Assembly (NCBI GenBank): GCA_048013815.1
Contig: CM106585.1
Span: 5,022,001-5,086,000 of the forward strand
Direction: 5' to 3'
Length of the DNA: 64,000 bases
From: Setoptus koraiensis
Taxonomy: Eukaryota > Animalia > Arthropoda
Every line of letters starts with the position of its first letter. The first letter of the stretch is position 1. This document shows positions 1 to 12,995 of this stretch, piece after piece. A model generated the notes under the pieces. That model searched no databases, had not been told where the DNA came from, and worked only from the letters and a program-made list of their open reading frames with translations. The translations under genes and the position numbers were made by a program.

Positions 1-69
1 TCCATTTAGAGACGCCATGCCAAGTGCGACCAGCAATGGCGATAACACGAGAGTGGCGATAGCATGAGA

Positions 70-225
70 ATACGAGAATGCGCAACTGCGAAACTACGAA
101 ACTACGAAACTGCGAAACTGGGAAACTACGAAATCACGAAAACGCGAAAATACCAAAATACGAAAACGCGAAAACGCGAAAATACGAAAATACGAAAATG
201 CCAAAATATGAAAATATGCGAATAT
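70..225. repeat. Degenerate 8-9-nt tandem array (ACGAAA/ATACGAAA)
   Basis: Repeated ACTACGAA / AATACGAA units. Confidence 0.8.
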
Positions 226-639
226 GAGAGCGAACACGAACGAGTGCGTTGCCATTGTTTTGATTCTCAATGAAAAAGCGATTAGTTTTGGCGAATTGAA
301 TCAAATTGCCGCTGCCGCCGCTGTTACGTAATATGTGTTTGCTGGCATGGCGTGCCATAACCATTGCAACGACACCAACACACACGAGGCTCACTCACGA
401 ATGGGCAAGCCTTTCAATAAAGAAATCATTTTGTCTCTGGCGTGTCTAGAGCGATCGCTCGATTGAGTTGATTCGAGTTGAGTGGCAGCGCAAACGAGCG
501 CCAGGCAAGCGGAGGCAACTTTCAAGAGCAACAGCTCGCCTGTTATTTATTATGTAAGATGTAAGGATTATTTACGATTATTTGCGCGCATCACGCAACA
601 GTCGCGACTGTTTGCTCATGTGCGTCGGCCGACTTTCTG

Positions 640-790
640 GCGGCCACGAGCGGCCGAACTCGGGCGGCCGAAAACGAGAGGCCGAAATCGAGAGGCCCAA
701 ATCGGGCGGCCCAAACCGAGATGCCGAAACCGAGAGGCCGAAATCGGGCGGCCGAAAACGAGAGGCCGAAATAGAGCGGCCGAAAGGGAG
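640..790. repeat. Degenerate CGGCCGAAA tandem array in the FGF intron
   Basis: Repeated GGGCGGCCGAAAACGAGAGGCCGAAAT units. Confidence 0.8.
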
Positions 791-831
791 CGGAAATGAT
801 GAGAAATGGTGCGTTGGGAGCGAGCACTTAC

Positions 832-1836
832 TTTGTTGGTGGTGAGGTGGCCCTTTGCGTTGAAACAAATATAATCGTTTGTGTGGATGCTCCTGAGACG
901 AATAGCGACGCCAATATCATCGAGCACCTCAGTCTCCATTTTTAATTTTGATATTGAGACGTCTGCTGTGAGTGGCGCGGGCCTCTTGGCGCGCACGAGC
1001 GCCCTCCTCTCGACGCTGGCGGGTGTCGGCTCTGAATTGGGGCCGTTGCTGGCTTGCTTGCTAACTTGCTTTTCGGGCACCGTTGGCCCGTCTGACACCG
1101 TTGACCTGTCTGACATTGTGGGCCCAGCCGATATCGTATTATTATTCATATTGTTGTTGTGCTCTGCGGTGGCCGCTCTGTCGAGCACACTGACGTAATC
1201 CGACGAGCACCTATTATATAATACTATTTCGTTTTTCGCTAGCTTTACAGAGGTTCTGTTCAGTGTGGCCAGTGTGACATTGTTTGCCAACAACACGATT
1301 GGTGGCGCTTGCGAGGTGGTTGTTGTCACCGTGACCGTGAGGCTGTGATTCGTGTGCACCGCCGCTTGACTCGACATTGAGCGATGCAACAGGTCGCCCA
1401 GTGTCTGAGCAGGGGCCCCTGTCGCGGGCTCGCTTGCCTCTGGCCCGTGCGGCTTGCATTTGGGTGCGGGCGCCGCTGCCACGCTCACCTGGGCCGGGTC
1501 GGGCGGCCTCACTTCCGGTCCGGGGGCAGCGGCATTTGGCTGCGTTTGGGCGGCAAGCGTGGCGTTGGTCTGTTGTGACGAGACTTGCATTTCATAACTA
1601 TTACTAATATTATTATTAATTTGATTATTGTGATTATTGTGATTGTTGTGATTGTTGTGATTGTTGTGATTATTGTGATTATTGTTGTGATTATGCGATT
1701 GTGGTTGGTGCTGGGCCGAGCTGACGTAATGGGCGCTCTTGTGGCTACAAATATAACGGGACGACACTGCTAGTATTACTAATAGAAATGATGTGATGAT
1801 CACCAGAGCCGCACATTTCACGACCACCGATTGCAT
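832..1836 (-). CDS. FGF8/17/18-like fibroblast growth factor, first coding exon (remainder unresolved or outside the window)
   Basis: ATG at 1836; N-terminal hydrophobic signal (CAALVIITSFLLVILAVSS). FGF core motifs IVLYNRCSSDYVSVL and SKLKMETEVLDDIGVAIRLRSIHTNDYICFNAKGHL align by eye with FGF8 YQLYSRTSGKHVQVL and [33 protein letters not shown]. The exon ends at AAA|GTAAGT (phase 0), matching the conserved FGF core intron position. The ORF-track tail below 832 is intronic repeat. Confidence 0.8.
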
Positions 1837-4591
1837 CGCCTGTTGAATGGGCGCATTTCGGCTTGCAGGGCGCGCTGTAGAATGTAGATTTTGCAGCCAA
1901 CACTTTGCGCTAAATATTCAAAATTATAATTAACTATTCGATATTCGATATTCGAAGCTCGATGTTTGATTTGATCGACGCCTTGTCTTGCTTTGTGATT
2001 GTATTCGTCGACTGACTTGTTTTTCTTTTTTGGCCACTTTTCGCTGTTGTTGTTCACTCTGGACACTGTTTGTCGATGTGGCGACGCTTGTCGATGCGAC
2101 AATTAGACATTCGCTTGTGAGAGGCGCTTGTGATAAATTGCCGAGATTTGTTCGCGGTCGATATTGGGCGATATTCGCTGACGACGAGCTTGACTTGTCA
2201 CTTGTAGGTGTTGATTGGGGCGACGACGAAACACAAATGATGGACGAGATAAATGAACAGCAACAGCCACGGCAACGGCAACAAGTGGTCGCCGTCTTCC
2301 GCACATCCCCCCGGCGCGCATGCGCCCACGGTGCCAAGTATATTGGCCGGCTGCGGCGGCGGCGGCGGCAGCAAGATTTGCGCAAATCGCGAATCTCGCA
2401 AATCGTTTATACACACACTTTCAGCGATTGTGCATGTATAATAAACGTAAATAAGAGATAACGAGACGGCCCAATTTGTTGCTGGCCGCCGCTGACCATC
2501 GGCGCAAGTGGCCGAAGCGGCCGGAGTGGCTCGAGCCGCTCGAGTCGAGCGGGCGAGAACGGCCGGTTCGGCCACTTCGAACGCTCGAACGCTCCGAACG
2601 CTCCGAACTTCGAAGCTCGAAGCCGATGCGGCGCGGCCGAGTGACCAGTGGTCAAGCGCAGTCACAGTGCAACGTGAGCGGCACAGGTGAGCTGGCTGCC
2701 GATGACGGCGCCGCCGATGATGATGAGGAGAATTTCATTCAGTCGTATAGACGGCGAGCGGCGAGCGAGATCGCGGCGCTCATTAATGCGGCTCGTCCAT
2801 GCAGCCATTAGGGCCATGTGGCCATAAAGTGGACAACAGCGCCGGCCACTATCGCCCTATCAAGGTTAGGCGAGCTCATCGACACTGATCGACATCTCGT
2901 GACTCTGGCCGGCTCTTAGCCAGCCCACTGACTGACTTGCGAGTCGAGCTGCCCACTGAGTCAGTTTTTCGCTGAGCGGCCGATTTATCCGCCGAGTTTT
3001 TTTCGCAATTTCCCATTTGTGCGCTTCTGCGAGCGATTTTTCGGGATGCGTCGCCGAACAAACCGGAGGCTTCGCTGGATAAATCACCAGAGGCTAGAGA
3101 CCGAACACGGAGACCGGGTGCGCAGAGTGCGGAATGCGCGCACTGATTCCAGGTGAATGATGATGAACAGCAATGAATAATAATTATTGCGCAATGGCTA
3201 ATTACAATCAATTATCGTCGGTTGCTGCAGTGCGACCGTCTCGAGCCGCCTGCACAATGTGCACCACACAGAATAGCGATACAACGACGGCGCTGTCGTC
3301 GAGTTAGTTAGCAAATTGCCGGATGGGCGCTACGATCGCAAATGCAACTGGTGCCGCTGGAAACAATTTTCGCAATTACACCACAAGCAACAAGTGGAGG
3401 CAACAAGCGAGGGCGTCAGCTGCAGCTCGGGCTTGCGACAATTAGAGTGACCGGCCAACGTTCAAATGAGTATTCAAATGAGCGCACAATCTCAACAGAC
3501 GCAGTTGTCAAAGTCAGCTGAGCTCAGGTGAGCTCAATGTTGGCTCAGGTGAGCAGTCGATTGTAAACTGAAAATTTTGATGCGGCCAGACGAACGGCGA
3601 TCAATCGACGGCAAATTCATTTGCTCATTGCGCCGGTTGGTCCGATGTTGCCAAAAAGAAACAAAACCGCTGGCTGTCATCGGGCCGCCACTGACAGTTC
3701 GTCGGCTGCGATTAAAAAAGATAAATTAAAAAATCAGCGACCCATTAGAACTGGCCACTGTCACAATAAGTGCCGCACAATCGACTGTGATTCTGGCCGC
3801 TCGGCTGACCACAACAAGCTCGCCGGCCGCCAGCGCCTTCACCTGTGCCAGCGCCTTTACCTGAGCCAGCGACTTTACCTGGTCAGCGCCTTCACCTGAG
3901 CCAGTGGTCGCCGTCTCGCAAGCATGTCGCTGGTATGTTGTCGCCGTTGAACAGCAACAACAAATTTGTTCGGCTGTTTGGCCGTTTATCGTGCTGCTGT
4001 CGCATGCAATATAAATAATTATAAATGTTGTTGTTCGCGGCCTCTGGCCGCGCCAATCAGCGGGCCGGCGCGGCCGACGCCGGCCAACAGCGAGCATCGA
4101 CAGCGGGCATCAATGGTCAGCTGTTGTTAATAGATTGATTGTTTCACGGGCGCCCCTGAAACGGACACGCGGCCAACATTTTAAATTACTGTCGGCCGTG
4201 AATCGGCGCTCAATCGGCGCTCAATCGGCAGTGTATCGGTGGTGAATTGGCAGTATATCGACGGCGAACGGGCAGTATATCGACGGCGAACGGGCAGTAT
4301 ATATTGGCCGAAGCCAAACGACGGCAGCAGCGCCCTTTCGGGCACCTAAGCCATCATGCGCCATTTAGTGCCATCACTGGAACATACAAATCGACACGTT
4401 GGAGTCGCGGCCAGCGCTTCGAAGCACTGAGCGGGCCTTCGAACGTTCCAATTGGAATTTCGAGCGTTCGCTCGCAGCCAGCCTGCCGGTCGGCGTGCCG
4501 CCGGCACCGCAGAGCTGCCATTTTTGTTGCACGCTGCCGGTCGCCGGTTCTGACTCGGCGCTTCTGAGTTCTCGGCCGCCGAGAGCCGCGC

Positions 4592-4665
4592 GACTCGCGG
4601 CCGAAAACTCGCGGCCGAAAACTCGCGACCGAAAACTCGCGACCGAAAACTCGCGACCGAAAATC
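4592..4665. repeat. 14-nt tandem repeat TCGCG(G/A)CCGAAAAC, about 5 copies
   Basis: Directly visible. Confidence 0.85.
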
Positions 4666-6739
4666 CGCGCCCGCGAACCGAGACCGAGAACGGGCACCAC
4701 GAGCGGCCTTTGGCACCCGCGGCCACTAACTCAATGGTGGGCGTGTCACGTGCGAACACGAGGTGAGCAATTCAGTTCACAATGGCCGCTCAATGGCGGC
4801 CAACGCGATTCTTGGCAGTTCTTTCGGGCGGTTCTTCTCGGACAGTTCTTTTCGGGCAGTGCGCACGGCCACTCGAACTGGCCCGAGCGACCGAATTTGC
4901 ACTGCACTCTGTGTGTATGTGCTCAGGTGAGTTCGGCCGAAGCGGTGCCTGCGTTGGCCGGCCGCGCCAACACTGACGTGCGTCTAATTAGCATCGGCCG
5001 CGTCGAGACTTCATTAACTATTCATCGAGTGTGACCAACGGACACTAACCGATCATTGTTGCATTGTTCCGCTATCGGACACGGCGAAAGGATGGCGCGG
5101 CCAATAACGGGAGTCAAGTGGTCACTTTTGGCTGGCTGGTCAGTGCAAAAGCGGGCGCCTTCACCCGTTTCGGCCGTGAGCCGTTCAGCGGCCAGCGGGT
5201 TTATTGAAGCCGAGCTTGGCCGAATTGCCCGCATTAAATTGCCGCGTCAATGTTAAACAAACAACCCGCGCTGACCGGACGGACAGTTGGGCGGCGCTCG
5301 GGGGGGGGGGGTGTCACGAGCGTGCCGCTTGATCAATCACGGCATCAACCGAACACTGTTCGCAGTTGTGCGTTTGTGTCATAATTAATTTGCAACCTGT
5401 CCGCGCGGCGCCCGTTATTTTTGAGTGGCCGGTGGCGCGTCGTTTATGGGCTGCGCTCTGATGCTGGCCACAACCACCAATCAATTGCTAAATCGACCGG
5501 TTTGTTTGATCAACTCAAAAATCAATCAGTTTTCGCTAATCAACTTGAAATCAGTTTGCGCTAATCAACTCGAAATCAATTAGCGCAACTCGCTCGCTTC
5601 AACACTGCACCTCAGCACTGCCGTGATTTCGGCCGCATCGGCGCGTTTAAAATCACGGCTACACGTTGTAAACTGCATGGCCGCAGCGCCCAGTCGGCCG
5701 CAATATCCATCAACTATCCACTATCAACATATCGCAACGCGAAATCTAATCTGGCGGTCAATCTCGGCAACCAGCGGTGCTCTCGGACCTCGACTCGAGG
5801 CCCTTGAGTGAGCCATCACTCGGCCGAATTGTCGAGTGGGGCGAGTCAGCCGAGTCAGCCGAGTGAGACGAGTGAGACGAGTCAGCTGAGTCAGCGCCAA
5901 CATCTGAGCGGGTCACCGGCCCGCCGAGGTCAGTTTGGCCCCGGTGGGGCACCGTTTATCCGTTCGCCGGTATCAAGCAAATGCAAACGCGCATCAGACA
6001 AAACGCGCCCGTGTTGCGTGTCAAAAGATGCTCAGAAAAAGTAAATAAAGACAAATAAATCGTTTCGCGTGTCGCCGGCTTGCTGTTTACATAGACGTTT
6101 CATTTGGGTGTAGCCAGTGTGGTGGCGTTGCAATAATAAAGGAGAGCGATAGAGGGTAGAGGCAATTTTAATTGTAATCACAATCACAATGATAATTATA
6201 ATTAGCGACACGCGTTCAACGGCAACTGCGAGCGCCGCTCCAATCGAGCGCCGCACTCCAATGTTGTCTGCTGGGCGAGAAATTTGATCTGACATTTATA
6301 TTTATATTTATATATATATATTTATATATTTGCAAATTGCGTCTAGTGAGATTTGCCGGGTGATTTGTCTGACTAATGGGTGGCTTGTGTCGCAAACCAT
6401 CGAGTGCCATTAGTGGTGACTAATCGCTTAATTAGTGGCCAAACTTATAATTAAGTGTCATATAAGTGTCCGTAAGGCAAGGCTAAGTGAGAGATGGGCA
6501 GAGATGGGGAGAGAGAGATGCAAATTAGCTGAGATGAGATGCCACATTATTCCGTTATGCTGGCAGCGATGATTGCATCGATGTCTAAGTGAGCTTGCCT
6601 TGTGTCCATGTCACCATTGAGTGGCTTGTGTGTCCCCAGGCGCTTGATTAAGGCAGTGATGAGTGATGCCGCGGTGATACTAATATACCGATACTGATAT
6701 ACTGATGCTAATGCTGATACGCCAAGTGTGTCTGGTCTA

Positions 6740-6850
6740 ATTAGTCGTCTAGTTGTTGTTGTGGTTGTTGTTGTTGCTGTCGTTTTAGTTGTGGTTGCTG
6801 TTGTTGTTGCTGTTGTTGTTGCTGTTGTTGCCGTTGTTGTTGCTGCTGGC
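6740..6850. repeat. (GTT/GCT)n-rich microsatellite
   Basis: Produces the poly-T and poly-V ORFs in the track. Confidence 0.8.
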
Positions 6851-7384
6851 GCTGTGGCGATCATATTGTGCCGGCTAGACGTGTGGTTGGCGCTCGATTG
6901 TCGCCCATTCCAACAAGACGATGTTGTTGTTACATGCAATTAAGACGATGATGATTATGTAATAATGTTATGTTGTTATCATAAGCCACATGAGAGCCGC
7001 TTGTTGGCTGGTTGGCCTGTTAGCTTGTTAGCTTGCTGGCTTGTTGGCGCCACTTGCAGCGTCTGGCCAGACTAGACAGTTGACGTTTTGCGCGCTTATT
7101 TGCGCCATTTGCTGCAAGTGCCTTAAATTGCAAATCGTCGCTGGCCCGGCGATAGCGCCAAATATGATATGATGAGCATGAAAATAACAGCATAATATGT
7201 AAGCGAAATATCAGCACAATATGCAGCCAGATATCAGCCAGATATCAATGCCAATTGTAGCGAAATGCTGCTAGTAATCTAATAACAGTGATGTAATATG
7301 ATGACGGCCAATGAATGGGTTATGCCCGGCGATCGTGATGAATGTGTGCTGTATGGTTGTTGTTGTGTCGTGTTGTGTCGCTGC

Positions 7385-7600
7385 CTATATCGAAGTGTTG
7401 CTCAATGCAATGGCCGTGGTTGATTCGGCAACAACGCTGTTGTTGATGCTAGCGACGACCGTGCTGGCGACACTTGCGGCCGTTGTCGCGGCTGTGGTTG
7501 CCGCGCCGGTTGCATTAGACACTTGTTGCGATGTTGTAAACACGGCCGAACGACTGAAATCGGCCACAATCAAGAAATATGATGCACAAGCGGCTGCAGT
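7385..7600 (-). CDS. Gustatory-receptor-like gene, exon 4 (TAAACASYFLIVADF..., stop)
   Basis: TTTAG acceptor; SYFLIVADF corresponds to the TYhhhhhQF TM7 signature; TAG stop at 7385. The joined CDS is about 764 aa. Confidence 0.8.
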   Translation of the reverse strand, partial: TAAACASYFLIVADFSRSAVFTTSQQVSNATGAATTAATTAASVASTVVASINNSVVAESTTAIALSNTSI

Positions 7601-9051
7601 CTAAACACCAATAATTGTATGCGTTTGTCGTCGGAGATAATGCGGAGATAATTTGGAGAAACAGAATCAATAGAATGGGCACAATCAGAGAGAGAGGCAA
7701 ATATCGACAGAAATCGATATTTGCGATGCATACGATCGCAGAAACGATCGACGAGAGCAGAAAAGTTTTGCCTTTTTTGTTTGGCTGTCAGCTGGCGTCG
7801 GCTGTCAGTTGAGCGGCCGGCCGAAAATGAGAAAATGCGATGAAAATGCGATGAAAATGTGAGCCCAACACTTGCCAGAGTCAGAACGTGATCGCTTGCC
7901 GGTTGCTAGGCGAAAAACAAACCGCCAGCCAGCGCTCGTCGAGGCACATCCGGCCGACTCATGCCCGCTGACACCATGGCAACCTGGCCAGACCGGCCGT
8001 CGACTGGCCATCAACGGGCCGGTTGTCAGTCTCACGCGGCACGCACGCCGAGCGGCAAATCGGCAATTAAGCGGCCATAAATAAGTAAACTCGTAAGTCA
8101 ATTGACTCGTTAATTAATAAATTGCTTATCGATGACACTACTGTCACCATTGTCGCGACGGCCAACAACCGCTGTCAAAAACCACCAACAACCGCTGTCA
8201 AAAACGGCCAACAACCGCTGTCAACGACGAGTCAGCTGACGGCCGGTCAGCAGGCCAAAGTTCGTGTGTCAGTGTAACTCACAATTGTTCGTTTCGGGCC
8301 GTTATGTTTCCCCTCCAATCGTCTCCAATAGTGATCACGAGCGAAATAACTGCGCCTTGGCAAAATTACTTGGAAATAAGTGGTCGCTCAACACGCTCAA
8401 TAATATGTATATAAATGAATTGTTTGTCGCCCGCGATAGAAAGCACATATATGCGCGTATATGGACGGCAATCGGCTCAATCGACGAGCCTCTCGATGGA
8501 AACTGTTGTCGCCGATTTAGAAAAATCGCATGTTTGCAGCGAGTGAGCGGGTGAGCAAACAATCCGACCAAGCCAACAGGCTACAAAGGCGACAAACAAA
8601 CAGAAACTCGCTCTGACGCTGCCGTGGCTGTTTGTTGTCGCTGTTCATTTCATCGACACTTGGCGTCCGTTCCTCTGTTCGCGACGCTCTTTTTCGCGGC
8701 CTGCTGGCGCACCAGATCGCCGGCCACTCGAGCTCAGGTGGTCCGCTGGCCGGCTAGCGATCAACCCTACGCACACTCGACGATACACTGCAAAGAACGC
8801 GCTGCAAAGAACGAGAAGCGCCGAAGCAGAAAAGTCACGCCGAATAACACACTTGAATGGCAGCAGCAGCAGCAGCGACCGTCAACAGGTAGCCTCTTCA
8901 CTCTCGCCTATTCGGCCCGCTCCGACAACAATAACAACTCGCCAGCCAACAGCAACAAATGGGCGCATTATTCGGCCAATGGGGTTAGTTTCTGGGCTGC
9001 CAGTCGGCCAGCCGGTCGGCCGGCCGACTGAACAGTGCCGCTCGTACTTAC

Positions 9052-9141
9052 ATTTGACATCGAAGCGTTTGTTACGGCAAACAAATCGTAGCAAGAGTAG
9101 CCGATGGTGAGTCCGCGCACTCGGTGCAAGAATGTTGAGAT
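9052..9141 (-). CDS. Gustatory-receptor-like gene, exon 3 (ISTFLHRVRGLTIGYSCYDLFAVTNASMSN)
   Basis: AAG acceptor and AAT|GTAAGT donor, 90 nt, phase 0/0; the IGYSCYDLFAVT pre-TM7 motif is typical of the GR superfamily. Confidence 0.85.
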
Positions 9142-9230
9142 CTTCGGTGCAAGCCACGGCGCGTCCGAGCGGCCAGTTCGAGAGCGGTCAAAGAGAAAAG
9201 CAAACAATTAGAATGCATCAATATGGTCAA

Positions 9231-9310
9231 TAGTGGTCAGTAGTGGTCAGTAGTGGTCAGTAGTGGTCAGTAGTGGTCAGTAGTAGTCGGTAGTGGTCAG
9301 TAGTGGTCAA
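9231..9310. repeat. 10-nt tandem repeat TAGTGGTCAG, 8 copies (GR intron 2)
   Basis: Directly visible; one variant unit. Confidence 0.92.
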
Positions 9311-9574
9311 TAGCTCAATAGTGGCGGACAGTGGTCGACGGTGGCGCGCACTGCCGGCTCGCACGGTGCGCCTCGCATCAGCAAACAACCAAACAACAAA
9401 TAACAACTCTCCACTAATTAGTTTTCGTGGTATTTATAACTTGCCAGCGCGCACTCGCCAGCTAGCACAAACAACCACAATTAATTGTTGTTAACGGCCG
9501 CTCGCTAACTGCGGCCCACTTGCGGTTTAATTGTCATTGGATAGCGAATAGTTGGCGAAATTCTAAATACTCAC

Positions 9575-9643
9575 ATTCACTTCCACCTCCACGGGCAGTT
9601 GTATGAGCGACAGGGTATGCAGCGAGCTGTAGGGCGCGTGGGC
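9575..9643 (-). CDS. Gustatory-receptor-like gene, exon 2 (AHAPYSSLHTLSLIQLPVEVEVN)
   Basis: CCCAG acceptor and AAT|GTGAGT donor, 69 nt, phase 0/0; the AHxPYxxLH motif follows TM6 in arachnid GR-like proteins. Confidence 0.8.
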
Positions 9644-11075
9644 CTGGGTTGCAAACAGTCGCGGCGGAAGGCATCGAGTTTTCGGGTCGTCCGTTCGGGT
9701 TTTTGTCGTTAGGTTTGTCATTTTTTCCAGTTTCGCCGGTTTCGCGCATTCGTCCCGAGATTTTCGCGCGTTTCGGCACGTTTCCACACATTTCGGCACG
9801 TTTCCACAAATTTCCAGCGCATTTTCAGCGCATTTTCAGCACATTTTCGGCACATTTTTTCGACACATTTTTCGGGCGCGTTTTTCGGGCGCATTTTCGG
9901 CGATTCCGAAAAATACGCCGATGTGCCCGAAAGGAGCGATTTTTTCGCCCGAGCGGCCCGAAATGGCATCAATGGGGCCGAAATGTAGGCAGCGACACGG
10001 TCGGCGGAAAAATGCACAATCCATTGCGGCCAGTGGAAATTTCGGCCCGGCGAGGTGGGCCGAGAGTTGGGCGCGTTTTCGGTGCATCGGCATCGATCCG
10101 GGCGGCAAAAGAGAGAGAGAGAGAGAGACGTTTAGGTGGTTAGTTTTCGGCAAGTGACACAATGAAAGAAACAATGAAAAAATGATCGCCGGTGAATTAT
10201 CGCCGGCCATAGATCACTTGTCATGCTCGCTCCATTGAGCGGTCATTCTTGGGCGCTTGTCGAGGTGTCACTCAGTGGATCATTTTCGCCGGGGCCAGTT
10301 GTCGCGCATAAATCATATCTGGCAACCAGAATGGCTATGGTCACTTGATATAATTTATGCGCGGCATTTATGAGATGCGGCGTTGGTTGGTTGCTCGGAC
10401 ACTCGCGGCCGCTCTGTGGGCCGGTGATTGATGGCGGCCTCATTGTGTTTAATAGGCGATCGCACCCAGTGGAAGCGCATGAAACAACAACACGACGAAA
10501 AAACACGATACGAGTATATCGTGGGCGCTAAGTAGCGCCGTTATTGATTCCGTTATTGACTTGGCCGTCGCTTTGATCATTGTCGCCTGTCGATCATGCA
10601 TAATAACATGACAATGGCCCGCTACCCGACAATGGGGTCAGCGGTGGCAATAACGGGCCGCCGATGGGCACCGTCACTAACTAGCGCTCACGACTTTCTC
10701 GCCGGCGCGTCTCATTAGTGGTCAATGAGCGGCCACAGTCGGCGCGGTGCGGTGCGGTGCGGTGCGGCACGGCCTGGCCGCGTCTTGTGCTGGCTGACCA
10801 GTGGCCGAACAGTGGACCGCGGACAGTAGGGCCCGTGACAGGTAACGACAGTGTCGGCGAGCGTTTCGCTTTACTTTGCGCCCGATTTCCAGCTGGCGGC
10901 GGCCCAAGTCGTGTGTTTCGGAGTGGCCGACTCGACAGCGACACCAACATCAAAGCCGGCCGAACCGACACCCGTTGTCCGGCTGCTCGTGGTGGCCCGC
11001 GCGGCGCGGGTATTTTTCGGCGCTGACAGTGGCGCCCTCGGGTATTTTTGGCGCTGACACGGGCCGGGTACTCAC

Positions 11076-12995
11076 CTCCGTGGACACGCCCGAGGCCGAA
11101 AACGAGTTGAGGCAAATGATGAAGCCCGTGTAGAGATACATGGTCCAAGTGGCGAAATTGAGCCAAAAGTCAAAGTCAACAAAGAACAAATTGTACATGC
11201 AATAACAGTGGCCAGGTATGTAGGTGAAGTAGGTGAAAAAGATGAGATATTGCCAAAAGTCGTTGCTTTCGTCCAGCAGCTCGCACGCCTCGTTGTGCTC
11301 CAAATAGAGCGCGGTAATCTTGCGCGATTGATTAGAAGATTTTGTGGTTTCACTCTCGGCCAGACTCTCTATGATCTTGGCGATCCTCTGAAAGCGAGCG
11401 CGCATTATCGAGCAGATAACGTTGAAATATAGCGACGCGTACACGCACGTGCACGTCGAAAACAGGGCCCACAGCATGTTGTAAATGATCCAAATGATGA
11501 TGTAAATGCGCTCGGTTTGGGCCGCGTCCGCGTCCAGCTCTATGCCCATCATGGCAAAGTAAATGTGACACCCCAGGCCCCCTGTGACGGCCATGCTGAC
11601 CAGTGTGGCAATGGCGCAGTTGACGTTTAGCCGGCGCGAATGATCGGCCACCGACGGCTTAAAGGCGTTCTTTAGCTGTATCAAATAGTCCTTGCTGGAA
11701 TAGAAGGGCACCAGCCAATTGGTGCTGGCCGCATTTCTAATGAACACCATCGATATGGCGGCCGACTGGATGCTCAAGCAAAGCGCCGGTATCAGGTAAT
11801 AGAGGCGACTCTTGCCCAAATAGTAAAAGTCCAGCAGTATCATGGATTTTTCGTTTGCCAAAAAAATGGCCGAGCCCGTGCGAAACACCGCCGACCACAG
11901 GAACAGGCACACCAGCCGGCAGTATATTTGTTTTATGATGAGAAACAATCGCGATCCGTACTGATAATAATGATTGTCAATGATCAATTTCGCCTGGCTG
12001 CCCGCGCTCTTCGAAATGTCGCTGCCCTGCGAGCTCGACTCCACCGAATCGTCATTTTTGCCGCCCCCGCCCCCGCTTATGGTGCTGATGCCCGCCTGCT
12101 CCGTACCCCCGCCAAACTGGTGCGCTGTGAGCGGGTTGAGCGGGTTGCTGTTCTTGGCGCTCGTGCCCGTGCTGCCCGGCGACGTTATGATGTTGTAGGG
12201 CGAGCCTGGCGTTGCGCTCTTTATGTTGATGGGGTCCTCTTCGAACTCCTCGGTGTTCTTTTTGAGCGTTCGCTCCGCTTGCATTGTGCGCGAATCTGAC
12301 GGTATCATGCCGAACAGCATGAAGGGATAATCGAAGGGCATCACATTTTGTCTCGTTATGAGCGACCACTCCTCGTTGGTGACGTCCTCATAGGTGGGCA
12401 GTTCGTCCTTGTTGCCGGCGCCCGCGCCGCTTATGTACGGGCCGCCGTCCGCTTTGCCCGCCTGAGCGCCCGTCATCTTTTTGCCGCCGGCCGTTTGCTT
12501 CAGCTGGCCAACCGCTTGGCCGCCCGGGCCCGTTTCCGTTTGCGGCAAGCGGGACATCGAATTGAAAATGTTGTCGCTAGAGAAGGTTGAATCGTTTCCG
12601 GGCGAATCAGTGCCATCGTTTGACATGTACAAATTGTAACTGGCCAGCTTGCGCTGATTGAGCTGCTTGCCGTTGTTGTTGTTGTCTGCGCCAATAATGT
12701 TGTTGCTGGCAACATTTGAATTATCTTGCTGATTGCCCGATTGTTGTGTTCTGTTAAATTGATAATGCTGATAACCGCTCAAATTCATGGTCTGCAATTG
12801 GTCTTGCTGCTGCTGCGCGGGTTGCTTGCCGTTCATTAGCGAGGCCAGGGTGCCCTGGGCGGTGGGCTGTCGGGCCGTCTGGTCGGTGACGGGCGACACC
12901 AGTTTGCCCGACTGGCTGCTAGAGTCGGGGCCCGTCGACGAGCCGCTCGACGAGCTCGACCTGAATGTGTAGTTCACTTTGTCGTCGCCCTTCAT
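11076..12995 (-). CDS. Gustatory-receptor-like 7TM chemoreceptor, exon 1 of 4
   Basis: First ATG at 12995 (the track ORF starts at GTG 13013). Long low-complexity N-terminus, then several TM segments and the GR-type pattern LYLEHNEACELLDESNDFWQYLIFFTY. Ends GAG|GTGAGT, phase 0. Confidence 0.85.

Noticed and set aside
395-450. Candidate FGF exon 2 (TRQRQNDFFIERLAH) with AG/GT borders
   Set aside because: It has an F-x-E pattern but lacks the conserved Cys of the FGF8-type C-x-F-x-E motif, and I could not join a convincing downstream exon.
4354-4535. Short minus-strand ORF MAALRCRRHADRQ... with good start context
   Set aside because: No homology recognised; about 55 aa in repeat-rich DNA.
1930-6410. 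Many overlapping Arg/Ala/Pro-rich ORFs of 60-210 aa
   Set aside because: Explained by GC-rich tandem repeats open in several frames on both strands; no recognisable domain.
6547-6943. Poly-Thr and poly-Val ORFs
   Set aside because: Microsatellite translation.
9224-9310. Regular repeat arrays as possible CRISPR
   Set aside because: Head-to-tail units with no unique spacers, in a eukaryotic intron.
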